From a virus, in the UHGV virus genome UHGV-0244087: a stretch of 24,829 nt of DNA; one strand, written 5' to 3'. The notes under the pieces were generated by a model. That model did no database searches and was not told the origin of the DNA. It saw only the letters and a program-made list of their open reading frames with translations. Positions 17,314 through 24,829 of this stretch are shown here, one piece after another. Each line of letters opens with the position of its first letter. Position 1 is the first letter of the stretch. The position numbers and the translations under genes are program-made.

Positions 17314-17317
17314 TGGT

Positions 17318-18277
17318 TTACTCCTTGCCCATTGCGTACAGCCCATTAACCAGAGCAAACTGTGGCACCCCGTCCGCGATGAAAGTCGCATTAACTCCGC
17401 AGGCTTCGCGGATAGCGGGTGCCACAATCTCTGCCCCGCCACCGACAACCATCACCCGCCCGTAACCCGAAAAACCCGCCAGCGCGCGGATCACGCGTTG
17501 TTTCAGTGTTTCTTCCTTTTCACGAATAACCGCCATCAGGCTGGCGTAATGCGCGTCATTGTGGATGTGCTGGCGCAGCCAGGCTTCATCATGGCGATGT
17601 TCGATAATGGTATTGGCGATGTGGTGACTGGTACGCATACCGTTAGTGGCCATCACCGACAGTACGGCATCGGCCATCAGGGAAACGCCTACGTGTGGAT
17701 CGCAAAACACCTGGCTGATACCTGCCAGTTGTCCCTGAACCTTTGCCACATCCAGCGTGGTTCCGCCTAAATCCACAATCAGCAGGGATTCAAACGGACT
17801 CATGTCAGCCAGTGCCTTAAAGCCAGCCGGAATGGATTCAGGCATAACCCGTACGTTACGGATAGTGAATGCTTCGCCGTTCTGGTACTCCACCGGGCGC
17901 ATAACGTTCGCTTTTTTGCGGTTGATGTTGGCTATGTCCGGCTGTGCGTTTGTGTCGAAATACTCGCTCAGTGGCAGGGTGACAACCACATCCACCTCCT
18001 GTGGCGTGATGCCTGATTTGACCAGCGCGTGATGAATGGCAATGACATTCACATCGCTGTACTGGTATTGCGTGTCAGTCGTCTGGACAAAGCGATCGCT
18101 GACCGGATCAAAACCATAGCGCACGCCATCAAGCATGTAGTTCGCGGGCTGCGTGCCACCGAACGGCGCAGACCATTCCGACTTGAAGCTGTTCGGGCTG
18201 ATGGCGTTGCGGCGTTCGCCGTTCTCAGTCCATGCCAGCTTGATGTTGGTGGAGCCGTCATCGATACAAATTTTCAT
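17318..18277 (-). CDS. parM: ParM (StbA)-like actin-family ATPase
   Basis: 319 aa; MKICIDDGSTNIKL..ISPNSFK..YSDVNVIAIHHAL..VMPESIPAG..LIVDLGGTTLD..VGGGAE tracks recalled R1 ParM along its length. Confidence 0.85.
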   Translation of the reverse strand: MKICIDDGSTNIKLAWTENGERRNAISPNSFKSEWSAPFGGTQPANYMLDGVRYGFDPVSDRFVQTTDTQYQYSDVNVIAIHHALVKSGITPQEVDVVVTLPLSEYFDTNAQPDIANINRKKANVMRPVEYQNGEAFTIRNVRVMPESIPAGFKALADMSPFESLLIVDLGGTTLDVAKVQGQLAGISQVFCDPHVGVSLMADAVLSVMATNGMRTSHHIANTIIEHRHDEAWLRQHIHNDAHYASLMAVIREKEETLKQRVIRALAGFSGYGRVMVVGGGAEIVAPAIREACGVNATFIADGVPQFALVNGLYAMGKE

Positions 18278-18307
18278 GTCGCTTTTCCTTATGTTGATTA
18301 ATTAATC

Positions 18308-18418
18308 GTTTACGGGATTCTGAAATCCCGTTTTTGCCTGTTTTATGCGCGCTTCATATATCGCGGCGCGTTTTTTGCTCATTTACGGGATTTGTGAATC
18401 CCGTTTCTGTCTGTTTTT
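18308..18418. repeat. Two direct copies of a ~37-bp element, each with an 8-bp inverted repeat (acgggatt..aatcccgt) followed by a T-rich tail
   Basis: Copy 1 at 18308-18344 (gtttacgggattctgaaatcccgtttttgcctgtttt) and copy 2 at 18382-18418, 74 bp apart. They lie just upstream of parM, and copy 2 overlaps the last codons of A. Confidence 0.75.
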
Positions 18419-21176
18419 TGTTTCCACTGGTCAGGCCACCCCGCAGCAGGTCTGCTTTGCGGCGGGCGCGTTCAGTGGTTTCACTGATTCTCTGTGCGTG
18501 CTCTGCGTCGCGGATGGCGCGCAGCATGTCAGAAAGCACGGTAACGGGTGTTTTCATGGTGTTCTGGTCTTGCTGAAGTGTGGATGCCAGGCGTGCGGCG
18601 GCTTCGGGGTCTGATGCCCTCAGCTGTTCCAGATAGCTGGCGACCGGGTTATGGCGGATCTCCGTACTGCTTACGCCGTGGTTACGGCTCAGGCGCTGCC
18701 AGAGCTGCGTGATCCGGCTGTCCGGTCGGGTATCCGGTTTGCGTACAATTTCAAATCCCTGCGGTGCAATGATGCTGCCGTCAACGTACAGACTGCCGCC
18801 CCGTAACAGGTGCTGCATCTGCTGTTCACCGATATGCAGGCCGAGAGATTCGGCAGATTCCCGCCATTCTTTAGCGAGTAATTCGTGGTTATCAGGCAAA
18901 GGCCGCTGCTGTTTGCGGCTCTGTGTCCAGCTCTGCATTTCATCACTGCTGTTTTTTGCCTGTTTGTCACGAAGCGAACGCATCAGCGCCCGGCGTTCGT
19001 GCCGTTTCAGTGAGCGCATCCATTCGTTCACGTCAACGCCGTCAGGAAGCTGCGGCCACGGTGCTGGCCGTTCTTCCGGCTGTTCTGTCCCGTTGTTGTC
19101 CGTTTCCTGTACACGGGGACAGTTATTGCCACGAGTCCAAGGGGCGGCATGGCCGCCCTGAAGGTCAAAACCATTTTCGCGGGCGTTGTCTTCTGGTTCT
19201 GGTTTACGTCTTACCAACTTCCAGTTATCCGGATGCGTGCACACACGGGAGGATTCCCCGATGAGTGGTGACCAGATCCCGTAAATCTGTACGCTCTGTT
19301 CGCCGTAATCGTTCAGCTCATCTGCGAGGTCGTAGGCGGTGCGAATCAGGTAGTCCTTGCGTGGAACAAGCACGCCACCCTGTTTTTCAATGTAGGAGGC
19401 AAAACACCCGGCATCAGCGGCAGCGAGTACCGCATCCATTGCATCATCCTTCAGCCGTTGCGGGCCTTCCGGGTTGCGTGCCATCTGGCTGGCAAGGCGG
19501 CGGAGTTCACGCCATACCTGACGGGAGGGGATGCCAAAGAACTGGAACTGGCGGACCCGATGAAGACGCGCCCAGCCAATGGCGCGCTCCACGCTCTCGG
19601 CCATTGATTTTCCGGTTTCGTGGTCAACGCGTGGCTTGCCCGTTTTCGGGTCGATGCCATCTACGGCGCGGCTGTCCAGGTTTTTTCCGATGTAGGTCGC
19701 GATATAGCTGGTTGGTGTGCCTTTTGAGCCGTCGACATACTCCGCCTTAAAGCGCGGAGTAATATCATCGCCCAGTTCGTGACGATCTTCCTGAATGGCA
19801 ATATCGCGGGTGATGGCCACGATGCTGTCGATTTCTTCCGGATGAGCAAAGACCATCATATGCCAGTGCACGGTGCCGTCATGGTGAGGCTCCACCGTGC
19901 GGATGCCATACCAGCGCAGGCCGTCGCGGTTCAGTTTTTTGCGGACTGCCGCAAAAAACGTGTTAACCAGGTAATCGCTGGAGTCGCGCATGGTGGCCCC
20001 GTTCCATTTGGGGTTCGGATGACCGTTCTCCGTTGTTGCGTGGTATTTTGACGGGCAGGTGACGGTCAGAAACACCGCTCTGTCGCTACGGGCTTCGGCC
20101 AGAAGTTCCAGTCCCTTCATGGTGGCCATCATTTCTGCCTTACGGTGAACCGGGTTACTTACTCCCGCGTAATACACCGTCTCGAGATCAATCGTGAACC
20201 CGTCTTCATTTTCCAGCATGAAACTTTTCAGGAAATCGCGTGTTTTCTCGCGCTGTGCGCGAAACTCGCTTAACGCGTCCTGGCTCAGATAGGGCGATGT
20301 TTTTCTGGAAACCAGACAGGCGGCGCGGAGTTGTTCTTCTCTCCACTCGCAACGTAACAGCCACAGTTTGCGTTTCCACCATTCCGCACAGGTCAGGCGG
20401 AGGATTGCGCCCGGCAGCAGCTCCGTGTCCGGTTCGTTCCTCCGGTCTTTGTCTGTTGTCAGTGCGTCATAATGTGGAGGCATGGCGTGCAGGTGTAACG
20501 CCATGCGGGCCAGCATCTGATACGCCTTCAGCGTTACATCCATGGTCAGTTCGCCATCAGTCGCGCCAAAGCCATCGCAGAGTTTTTCGAAGGTGCTGCT
20601 GAACATCGCCGCCGTCATGGTGGCCAGCGTCTGTATCTGGTGTTTGTTGAGCTGCGGCAGGTAAAGCAAATCGTCCAGGCGTTCGCGTCCGGCAAGGGAG
20701 CGATAACCCGGTGTCAGCCAGCGTCTGTCAGTGCGATCCAGACGTTCGAATATTTTGCGCAGGGTTCCGCGTGCATAGCGTTCCGCCTGCCAGCTCTTTT
20801 TGCCTTTCCGGCGATCGGCTTCCTGTTTTTTGCGCAGGAAGGAGAGGTGGCGAATAAGCGGATCGCGCAGATAGGACGGCAGCAGGCGCAGCGAGGCCAT
20901 GGCTTCATCCACCGCGCCGCGTGCCCGTTTTCTGGCGTCTCCTGCCAGTGTGATGGTTTTGTCCTGTTTTTCCTGTGCGTCCAGGCTTTTATTAATCAGG
21001 TTGCCCAGCGGTGTGGCGGAGAACGCCGCATCAGCCATTTCCTGGCGGCGTTCGTTCTCTGCCCGGTAGGCATCCAGCCAGGAGGAAAGTGCGGATTCAG
21101 GTGCGGGGATCTCCGTTCCTTCACGTCCTACTGCGTGGCGCGGTTGTTGCCAGTCCCTGATGTACTCTGCCGTCAT
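18354..21176 (-). CDS. A: Replication initiation endonuclease A (rolling-circle), with a long C-terminal extension
   Basis: 940 aa, recognised as P2 gpA-like from overall sequence and position downstream of the early-region ORFs; ATG start. Recalled P2 gpA is 761 aa. Confidence 0.85.
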   Translation of the reverse strand: MTAEYIRDWQQPRHAVGREGTEIPAPESALSSWLDAYRAENERRQEMADAAFSATPLGNLINKSLDAQEKQDKTITLAGDARKRARGAVDEAMASLRLLPSYLRDPLIRHLSFLRKKQEADRRKGKKSWQAERYARGTLRKIFERLDRTDRRWLTPGYRSLAGRERLDDLLYLPQLNKHQIQTLATMTAAMFSSTFEKLCDGFGATDGELTMDVTLKAYQMLARMALHLHAMPPHYDALTTDKDRRNEPDTELLPGAILRLTCAEWWKRKLWLLRCEWREEQLRAACLVSRKTSPYLSQDALSEFRAQREKTRDFLKSFMLENEDGFTIDLETVYYAGVSNPVHRKAEMMATMKGLELLAEARSDRAVFLTVTCPSKYHATTENGHPNPKWNGATMRDSSDYLVNTFFAAVRKKLNRDGLRWYGIRTVEPHHDGTVHWHMMVFAHPEEIDSIVAITRDIAIQEDRHELGDDITPRFKAEYVDGSKGTPTSYIATYIGKNLDSRAVDGIDPKTGKPRVDHETGKSMAESVERAIGWARLHRVRQFQFFGIPSRQVWRELRRLASQMARNPEGPQRLKDDAMDAVLAAADAGCFASYIEKQGGVLVPRKDYLIRTAYDLADELNDYGEQSVQIYGIWSPLIGESSRVCTHPDNWKLVRRKPEPEDNARENGFDLQGGHAAPWTRGNNCPRVQETDNNGTEQPEERPAPWPQLPDGVDVNEWMRSLKRHERRALMRSLRDKQAKNSSDEMQSWTQSRKQQRPLPDNHELLAKEWRESAESLGLHIGEQQMQHLLRGGSLYVDGSIIAPQGFEIVRKPDTRPDSRITQLWQRLSRNHGVSSTEIRHNPVASYLEQLRASDPEAAARLASTLQQDQNTMKTPVTVLSDMLRAIRDAEHAQRISETTERARRKADLLRGGLTSGNKKQTETGFTNPVNEQKTRRDI

Positions 21177-21182
21177 AGTGAT

Positions 21183-21548
21183 TTACTTCGTCATGCCATT
21201 CAGGGTGTCGCGGCAGACTGTAGCCAGCCGCTGAATTTCCAGCACGGTGTCTTCTGTGTCGGCATGGCGATGTGTGATGCGGATGCTGTCGGCAATCACA
21301 TCGACGATTGCAGAGGATGGGCGCTGGTAAATGCCAATAACGGACGGGGTGCCACCTTCAATGCGGTAAAGCCTGTAATTTCCCTCGTGGCTGTCAATCA
21401 TGTAGCGACCATCAATAACAATCTTTCCGTCAGCGAGCTGCGGTACAGGCAGGGATTTCAGGTACATGTCATAACGATCACGCACGCGAGCGGCAAGATC
21501 ACGTTCTGTGTTGAGCAGGTATTCAAGAAAGTCGTTGGCGAGAATCAT
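21183..21548 (-). CDS. Hypothetical 121-aa early-region protein immediately upstream of A
   Basis: ORF ending 7 nt before the A start; no family recognised. Confidence 0.55.
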   Translation of the reverse strand: MILANDFLEYLLNTERDLAARVRDRYDMYLKSLPVPQLADGKIVIDGRYMIDSHEGNYRLYRIEGGTPSVIGIYQRPSSAIVDVIADSIRITHRHADTEDTVLEIQRLATVCRDTLNGMTK

Positions 21549-21620
21549 TGCGGCAATCCTCTTGTTACAGATGTGCGAAGGCCTCCCGCCGCAAGGTGCA
21601 GGAAAGGCCCGGAACAGGAA

Positions 21621-21851
21621 TTAATGGAGTTTGTTTTGCTGCTGGATGAGCTGTTGAAGCTCGCGCAGATCATCCGCCAGATAGCTGAAAACAGCGGCGG
21701 AATAGATGTTTGATAGTGCGTGGCTGCGCTCATGCAGCATATTGATGTGCATGATATGCGCGACGCGGAATGCGCGGAAAAGTCTGCGGTTGATTTCAGT
21801 CTGGATGTGACGACGCGCAGCGTATGCGCGCTGTTGTTTGCGGTTTGCCAT
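21621..21851 (-). CDS. Hypothetical 76-aa basic protein
   Basis: ORF with a weak GAGG ribosome-binding site; arginine-rich N-terminus; no family recognised. Confidence 0.4.
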   Translation of the reverse strand: MANRKQQRAYAARRHIQTEINRRLFRAFRVAHIMHINMLHERSHALSNIYSAAVFSYLADDLRELQQLIQQQNKLH

Positions 21852-22030
21852 GGGGTGGCCTCGTACGTAGTAAGTTTTAAAAACTCACCATCCAGAGGTT
21901 CCAAGCTCGGGGTGGTGAGACGTACAGGGTTGGAACTACCGGCTACGCACGAATCCGGCCCGACCGAAGTCGGCCCCATACGCCCCACCATAATTCTGAC
22001 GCGAAAAAGACGTGGCGATACGGTACGCAC

Positions 22031-22051
22031 AAAAAAACCGCTGGCGCGGTT
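22031..22051 (-). terminator. Intrinsic terminator (minus strand) inside the non-coding island
   Basis: Hairpin aaccgc-gcca-gcggtt followed on the minus strand by a run of seven T. Confidence 0.6.
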
Positions 22052-22187
22052 GTGCGCGTGCATAGTCAGCGGGGTTCCAATCCCGGCACCCGTTTTATGA
22101 GGTGCAGCGGAAATGTAACCTGACTGATTGCGGCATGGCAAGCGGTTTTTTTGTGAGAACGGCATACTAAAAAATCCTGATACTGCT

Positions 22188-22212
22188 CCGGCCAGCGGTT
22201 TTCACTGGCCGG
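22188..22212 (-). terminator. Hairpin immediately after the SPFH gene stop; weak terminator
   Basis: ccggccag-cggttttca-ctggccgg, 8-bp perfect stem; the T-run on the minus strand starts only about 11 nt later. Confidence 0.45.
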
Positions 22213-22218
22213 GTTTAA

Positions 22219-23049
22219 TTACTTCACCGGAACAAACGGAACAGCGGTGTTACTGGTCATGTATTGCGGTAGCGTGCCGTTCCATTTGTTAATCGCTTCC
22301 AGCTCCATAACGCCGGGATTCTGGCGCAGAGCTTCGCCGCGTAAACGAATGGCGTCGGCTTCAGCCTGGGCTTTTGTGCGAATGGCATCGGCTTGTCCGG
22401 CAGCTTCTGCGCGCAGCATGTTGGCTTCAGCTTCGCGTTGCTTGACTTCCTGTTCACGTTGCAGGGTTTTCTGGTTTGCCGTGACTTTGGCGTTAATGCT
22501 GTCGATAACGGTTGGCGGATATTCCGGTTTACCGACATAAGAGAGGCTCATGACCTGAATACCGATGGGGGTCATCTCTTCCTGAATATCTTTAAGTGCT
22601 GAATCCAGCAGTTCAGACTTACCACCGTCGATAAACTTATCGGTGGTCATTTTGCTGGCCAGTCGGTTGAGTGCATCGGCGATCTTCTGGCGCAGGTCAG
22701 TGTCGGTAATGTCGTCCACGCCTTTGCGGTAGGTCTGAAACACCGTGGTAACTTTGGATGGATCAACTTTGTAGGCCACGCCGATGTGATAGCCGATGGT
22801 TGTGCCGTCACTCATCTGAAAGCTGAACGGCTCATCGTAGGTCTTCATTTGTTTGAAGGTCGGGAAGATGTAAACCTCGGTATTCCAGCCAGTCCAGTAG
22901 CGACCAACGCCAACCACTTCGCCAACGCCTTTGTCGTCGCCCAGCTTGTTGACTTTGATGCCCATATTACCTGGCTCAACGCGATCGCAGCCAACCAGCA
23001 GGATGGCGGCAAAAAGCGGGAGAATCTGAAAGAGTCTGAATTTCTTCAT
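22219..23049 (-). CDS. SPFH/band-7 (prohibitin/HflC-like) lipoprotein
   Basis: 276 aa; N-terminus MKKFRLFQILPLFAAILLVGC (signal peptide plus lipobox); band-7 core followed by an Ala/Glu/Arg-rich coiled coil (EAEANMLRAEAAGQADAIRTKAQAEADAIR). Confidence 0.75.
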   Translation of the reverse strand: MKKFRLFQILPLFAAILLVGCDRVEPGNMGIKVNKLGDDKGVGEVVGVGRYWTGWNTEVYIFPTFKQMKTYDEPFSFQMSDGTTIGYHIGVAYKVDPSKVTTVFQTYRKGVDDITDTDLRQKIADALNRLASKMTTDKFIDGGKSELLDSALKDIQEEMTPIGIQVMSLSYVGKPEYPPTVIDSINAKVTANQKTLQREQEVKQREAEANMLRAEAAGQADAIRTKAQAEADAIRLRGEALRQNPGVMELEAINKWNGTLPQYMTSNTAVPFVPVK

Positions 23050-23249
23050 TGTTTAATTTCCTTGATGTACTTACTGAAAAGGCGAACAACGCCTGCCGGG
23101 TACAGCATGGCAATGAAAATGCCCAACAATACCAGGAAGGAGCTGTCTGATGAAATCATTCGGGGGAGTACCCCTACATACAGAATGAGAGAGACGAGGA
23201 CGCATACCAGCGCCCATGCATATGCACGAAACCATGTCTTGTTGTTCAT
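23046..23249 (-). CDS. Small membrane protein (67 aa, two predicted transmembrane helices) translationally coupled to the SPFH gene
   Basis: Internal ATG at 23247-23249 (MNNKTWFRAYAWALVCVLVSLILYV...); its stop overlaps the SPFH start (ATGA). Ribosome-binding site is weak. Confidence 0.55.
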   Translation of the reverse strand: MNNKTWFRAYAWALVCVLVSLILYVGVLPRMISSDSSFLVLLGIFIAMLYPAGVVRLFSKYIKEIKQ

Positions 23250-23259
23250 GTTGCGGCCC

Positions 23260-23556
23260 TTACTGGTTAAGGAAAAAATCGAAAACCTTGTCAATGCGTT
23301 GCAGCAGCTCTTGCTGTATTGCTTCCGGCGTTTCCGGTTCGCCTGGCGCCTCCAACGTCGCGCAGAAATCAGCGATTTCATGATGGAGTGTCAGGCGAAT
23401 GGCAGGGGCCGTGGTTCTGGCGTGCTCCAACTCATCCAGCAGTGCCAACACCACTGACGGTTGTAAGCTCACGCGAGATGGTAGTGATTCACGGGGGGGT
23501 ATTCTTTGCACGGCAGTCGCCAGTTCGCGTAGTTCCTGGTGGTTGATGATGCTCAT
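23260..23556 (-). CDS. Hypothetical 98-aa acidic protein
   Basis: ORF in the early-region gene string on the minus strand; no family recognised. Confidence 0.5.
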   Translation of the reverse strand: MSIINHQELRELATAVQRIPPRESLPSRVSLQPSVVLALLDELEHARTTAPAIRLTLHHEIADFCATLEAPGEPETPEAIQQELLQRIDKVFDFFLNQ

Positions 23557-23804
23557 GCTCTGGCTTCCTTCAGTAACTGGTTAAACATATTGGTAAGTGG
23601 ATTGCCGCACCCGAACGGCATCGGGTTTACCTGGTAAGAGAAGCGACCACCTGTTTTGCGCTCTTTTCTTATGACTGAACCGCTACGCCAGAGTCGGCGT
23701 AACTCCGCATTAATAGCTGTGGTTGGGGTATTCAGTGCTGCGGCGATTTCTCCACCGCTACACCCCGGATTGGCGGCGATATAGTCCAGAATGGTCATCT
23801 GCAT
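23553..23804 (-). CDS. Small winged-helix DNA-binding protein (FaeA/PapI-like fold suspected)
   Basis: 83 aa; ILDYIAANPGCSGGEIAAALNTPTTAINAELRRLWRSGSVIRKERKTGGRFSYQV resembles small wHTH regulators. Stop overlaps the next start. Confidence 0.55.
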   Translation of the reverse strand: MQMTILDYIAANPGCSGGEIAAALNTPTTAINAELRRLWRSGSVIRKERKTGGRFSYQVNPMPFGCGNPLTNMFNQLLKEARA

Positions 23805-23998
23805 GACTCCTGTACCTGTCGGATAAGGTTCACCCGCACCACGTTGGTGGCGCAGAAGTAAGTGCCGTCAGTGAGGTAGATGTGGTGTGCATCCTTTTCT
23901 GAACGGTGTTTGTCGATTGTGGTAATCAGGCGTTCGTCGACTTCGTATTCACGTCCTCTGGAGGTAAAACGAACGACAGGAAAGTGCTTAATTGCCAT
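23795..23998 (-). CDS. Hypothetical 67-aa protein
   Basis: Start moved to the internal ATG at 23996-23998 (MAIKHFPVV...). The track start at 24058 is a TTG that overlaps the upstream gene by about 70 nt. Confidence 0.45.
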   Translation of the reverse strand: MAIKHFPVVRFTSRGREYEVDERLITTIDKHRSEKDAHHIYLTDGTYFCATNVVRVNLIRQVQESCR

Positions 23999-24305
23999 TG
24001 CGCCCACTGTTCTGTTTCTGGCGACGGATGCGGGATAGCTGGATTTCCAGCTCTTCAATGTGGTCGTGCAACTCGTCTATTTCGGCGAAAAGCGAATCAA
24101 GGGTTGATGAGAGTTCCGTTAACAGGGCCTTTGCCGCCAGTGCAACAGTAAACGTGCCGATGTCGCGTTCCGGGTCAATTTCACTAACAAGTGTTCTGGT
24201 TAGTTCAAGAGCGACGGGGAGCGCCTCTTCCAGTTTGCAATCCTGGAGATGAGCAAGAATAGCTAATGCGTCGCATTGAATTTTGTCTTCTTTATTTTGT
24301 TTCAT
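23988..24305 (-). CDS. Hypothetical 105-aa acidic coiled-coil protein
   Basis: ORF in the early-region string; no family recognised. Confidence 0.5.
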   Translation of the reverse strand: MKQNKEDKIQCDALAILAHLQDCKLEEALPVALELTRTLVSEIDPERDIGTFTVALAAKALLTELSSTLDSLFAEIDELHDHIEELEIQLSRIRRQKQNSGRNGN

Positions 24306-24395
24306 CGTTGCCGCCTTATTTGAATGTACAAAGCCCTCCGCGAGTGCGGATTGTTTTCATGTTTTCTTATTTAATCGTGTGTTTTATTTGTGCTG

Positions 24396-24509
24396 TTATT
24401 CTTCAGTGAAAAAACGCTCAATCTTTTTTACTGAATGAATAATTCGCACAATGCCAATTGCGCAGACCACTGAAATAATCAGAACAAGCCATGAGATAAA
24501 TATACTCAT
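24396..24509 (-). CDS. Putative 37-aa hydrophobic single-pass membrane peptide
   Basis: MSIFISWLVLIISVVCAIGIVRIIHSVKKIERFFTEE, translated by hand. Its ATG overlaps the stop of the 81-aa gene (ATGA). Below the ORF-track size cutoff. Confidence 0.4.
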   Translation of the reverse strand: MSIFISWLVLIISVVCAIGIVRIIHSVKKIERFFTEE

Positions 24510-24751
24510 GCAATATTCCCCAGCTTATACGGTTCAATATGTTCCCCGCATTCTGCGGCACAGATCAGCTCGGAAAGTTCGTTAAGTGCATCCAGATCAT
24601 CAGCGTAAAAAGCCACGTCATACAGACTCCGGATTGCCCTGGTCAATGAGTCACGGGCTGCACGTTCAGCATGAACGCCTGATGCACTTAAGCGAAAATA
24701 AAAACGCTCAAGTGCTTTGTTAATGAGAGTTTTATATTCTTTGCCCATCAC
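24506..24751 (-). CDS. Hypothetical 81-aa protein
   Basis: ORF in the early-region string; GTG-ATG double start; no family recognised. Confidence 0.5.
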   Translation of the reverse strand: MMGKEYKTLINKALERFYFRLSASGVHAERAARDSLTRAIRSLYDVAFYADDLDALNELSELICAAECGEHIEPYKLGNIA

Positions 24752-24759
24752 AACGCCCT

Positions 24760-24829
24760 TTAATCTGCTTTCTGTATTTCAGCTTCTGAATCCATACAAA
24801 TAATTTCGATATAGGGTTCATCGCCATTA
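24760..24829 (-). CDS. 3' end of a further minus-strand early gene; the start lies beyond the window
   Basis: Open frame from the window edge to a TAA at 24760-24762, translated by hand as ...NGDEPYIEIICMDSEAEIQKAD. Confidence 0.35.
   Translation of the reverse strand, partial: NGDEPYIEIICMDSEAEIQKAD

Larger units (their letters stand above)
21852..22218. other. 367-bp non-coding island between the SPFH pair and the 76-aa gene
   Basis: Only overlapping or low-complexity ORFs here; contains the hairpins at 22031-22051 and 22188-22212 and a plus-strand T7 run at 22145-22151. Confidence 0.5.

Noticed and set aside
20640-21713. Plus-strand 357-aa ORF
   Set aside because: Antisense to replication gene A and the upstream early ORF; cysteine- and arginine-rich composition typical of a shadow ORF.
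22066-22094. tRNA-like T-arm motif (cgggg-ttccaat-cccgg)
   Set aside because: I could not find a matching acceptor stem, D-arm or anticodon arm on either strand, and the loop departs from the TTCRA consensus. Not called as a tRNA or att core.
21545-22165. Minus-strand 206-aa ORF spanning the non-coding island
   Set aside because: Overlaps the 76-aa ORF, is serine-rich, has no ribosome-binding site, and crosses two terminator hairpins.
1-24829. Integrase, attL/attR, CRISPR array or IS element
   Set aside because: No tyrosine-recombinase-like ORF, repeat-spacer array or terminal inverted repeats flanking a transposase were seen. The prophage ends probably lie outside the window.

Overview
This window is most of a P2-like (Peduovirus-type) temperate myovirus prophage, probably in E. 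coli or a close relative, with unusual cargo at three positions. Late genes run on the minus strand: partial tail fibre H, baseplate I-J-W-V, an S-position morphogenesis gene, R, a NanS-p-like esterase moron, the lysis cassette (LysC/LysB spanins, M15 endolysin, holin), then X, L, M, N, O. Terminase P and portal Q diverge on the plus strand. The variable region between Q and replication gene A carries the most interesting content: a 174-aa orphan gene, a tightly coupled four-gene operon whose first protein copies the ClpX zinc-binding domain, and a ParM/ParR partition pair. Beyond A lie small early-region ORFs interrupted by an SPFH lipoprotein plus membrane-peptide pair and a 367-bp non-coding island. 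No integrase, att site, tRNA, CRISPR array or IS element was seen. All protein identifications rest on by-eye comparison with remembered family sequences; no search was run.
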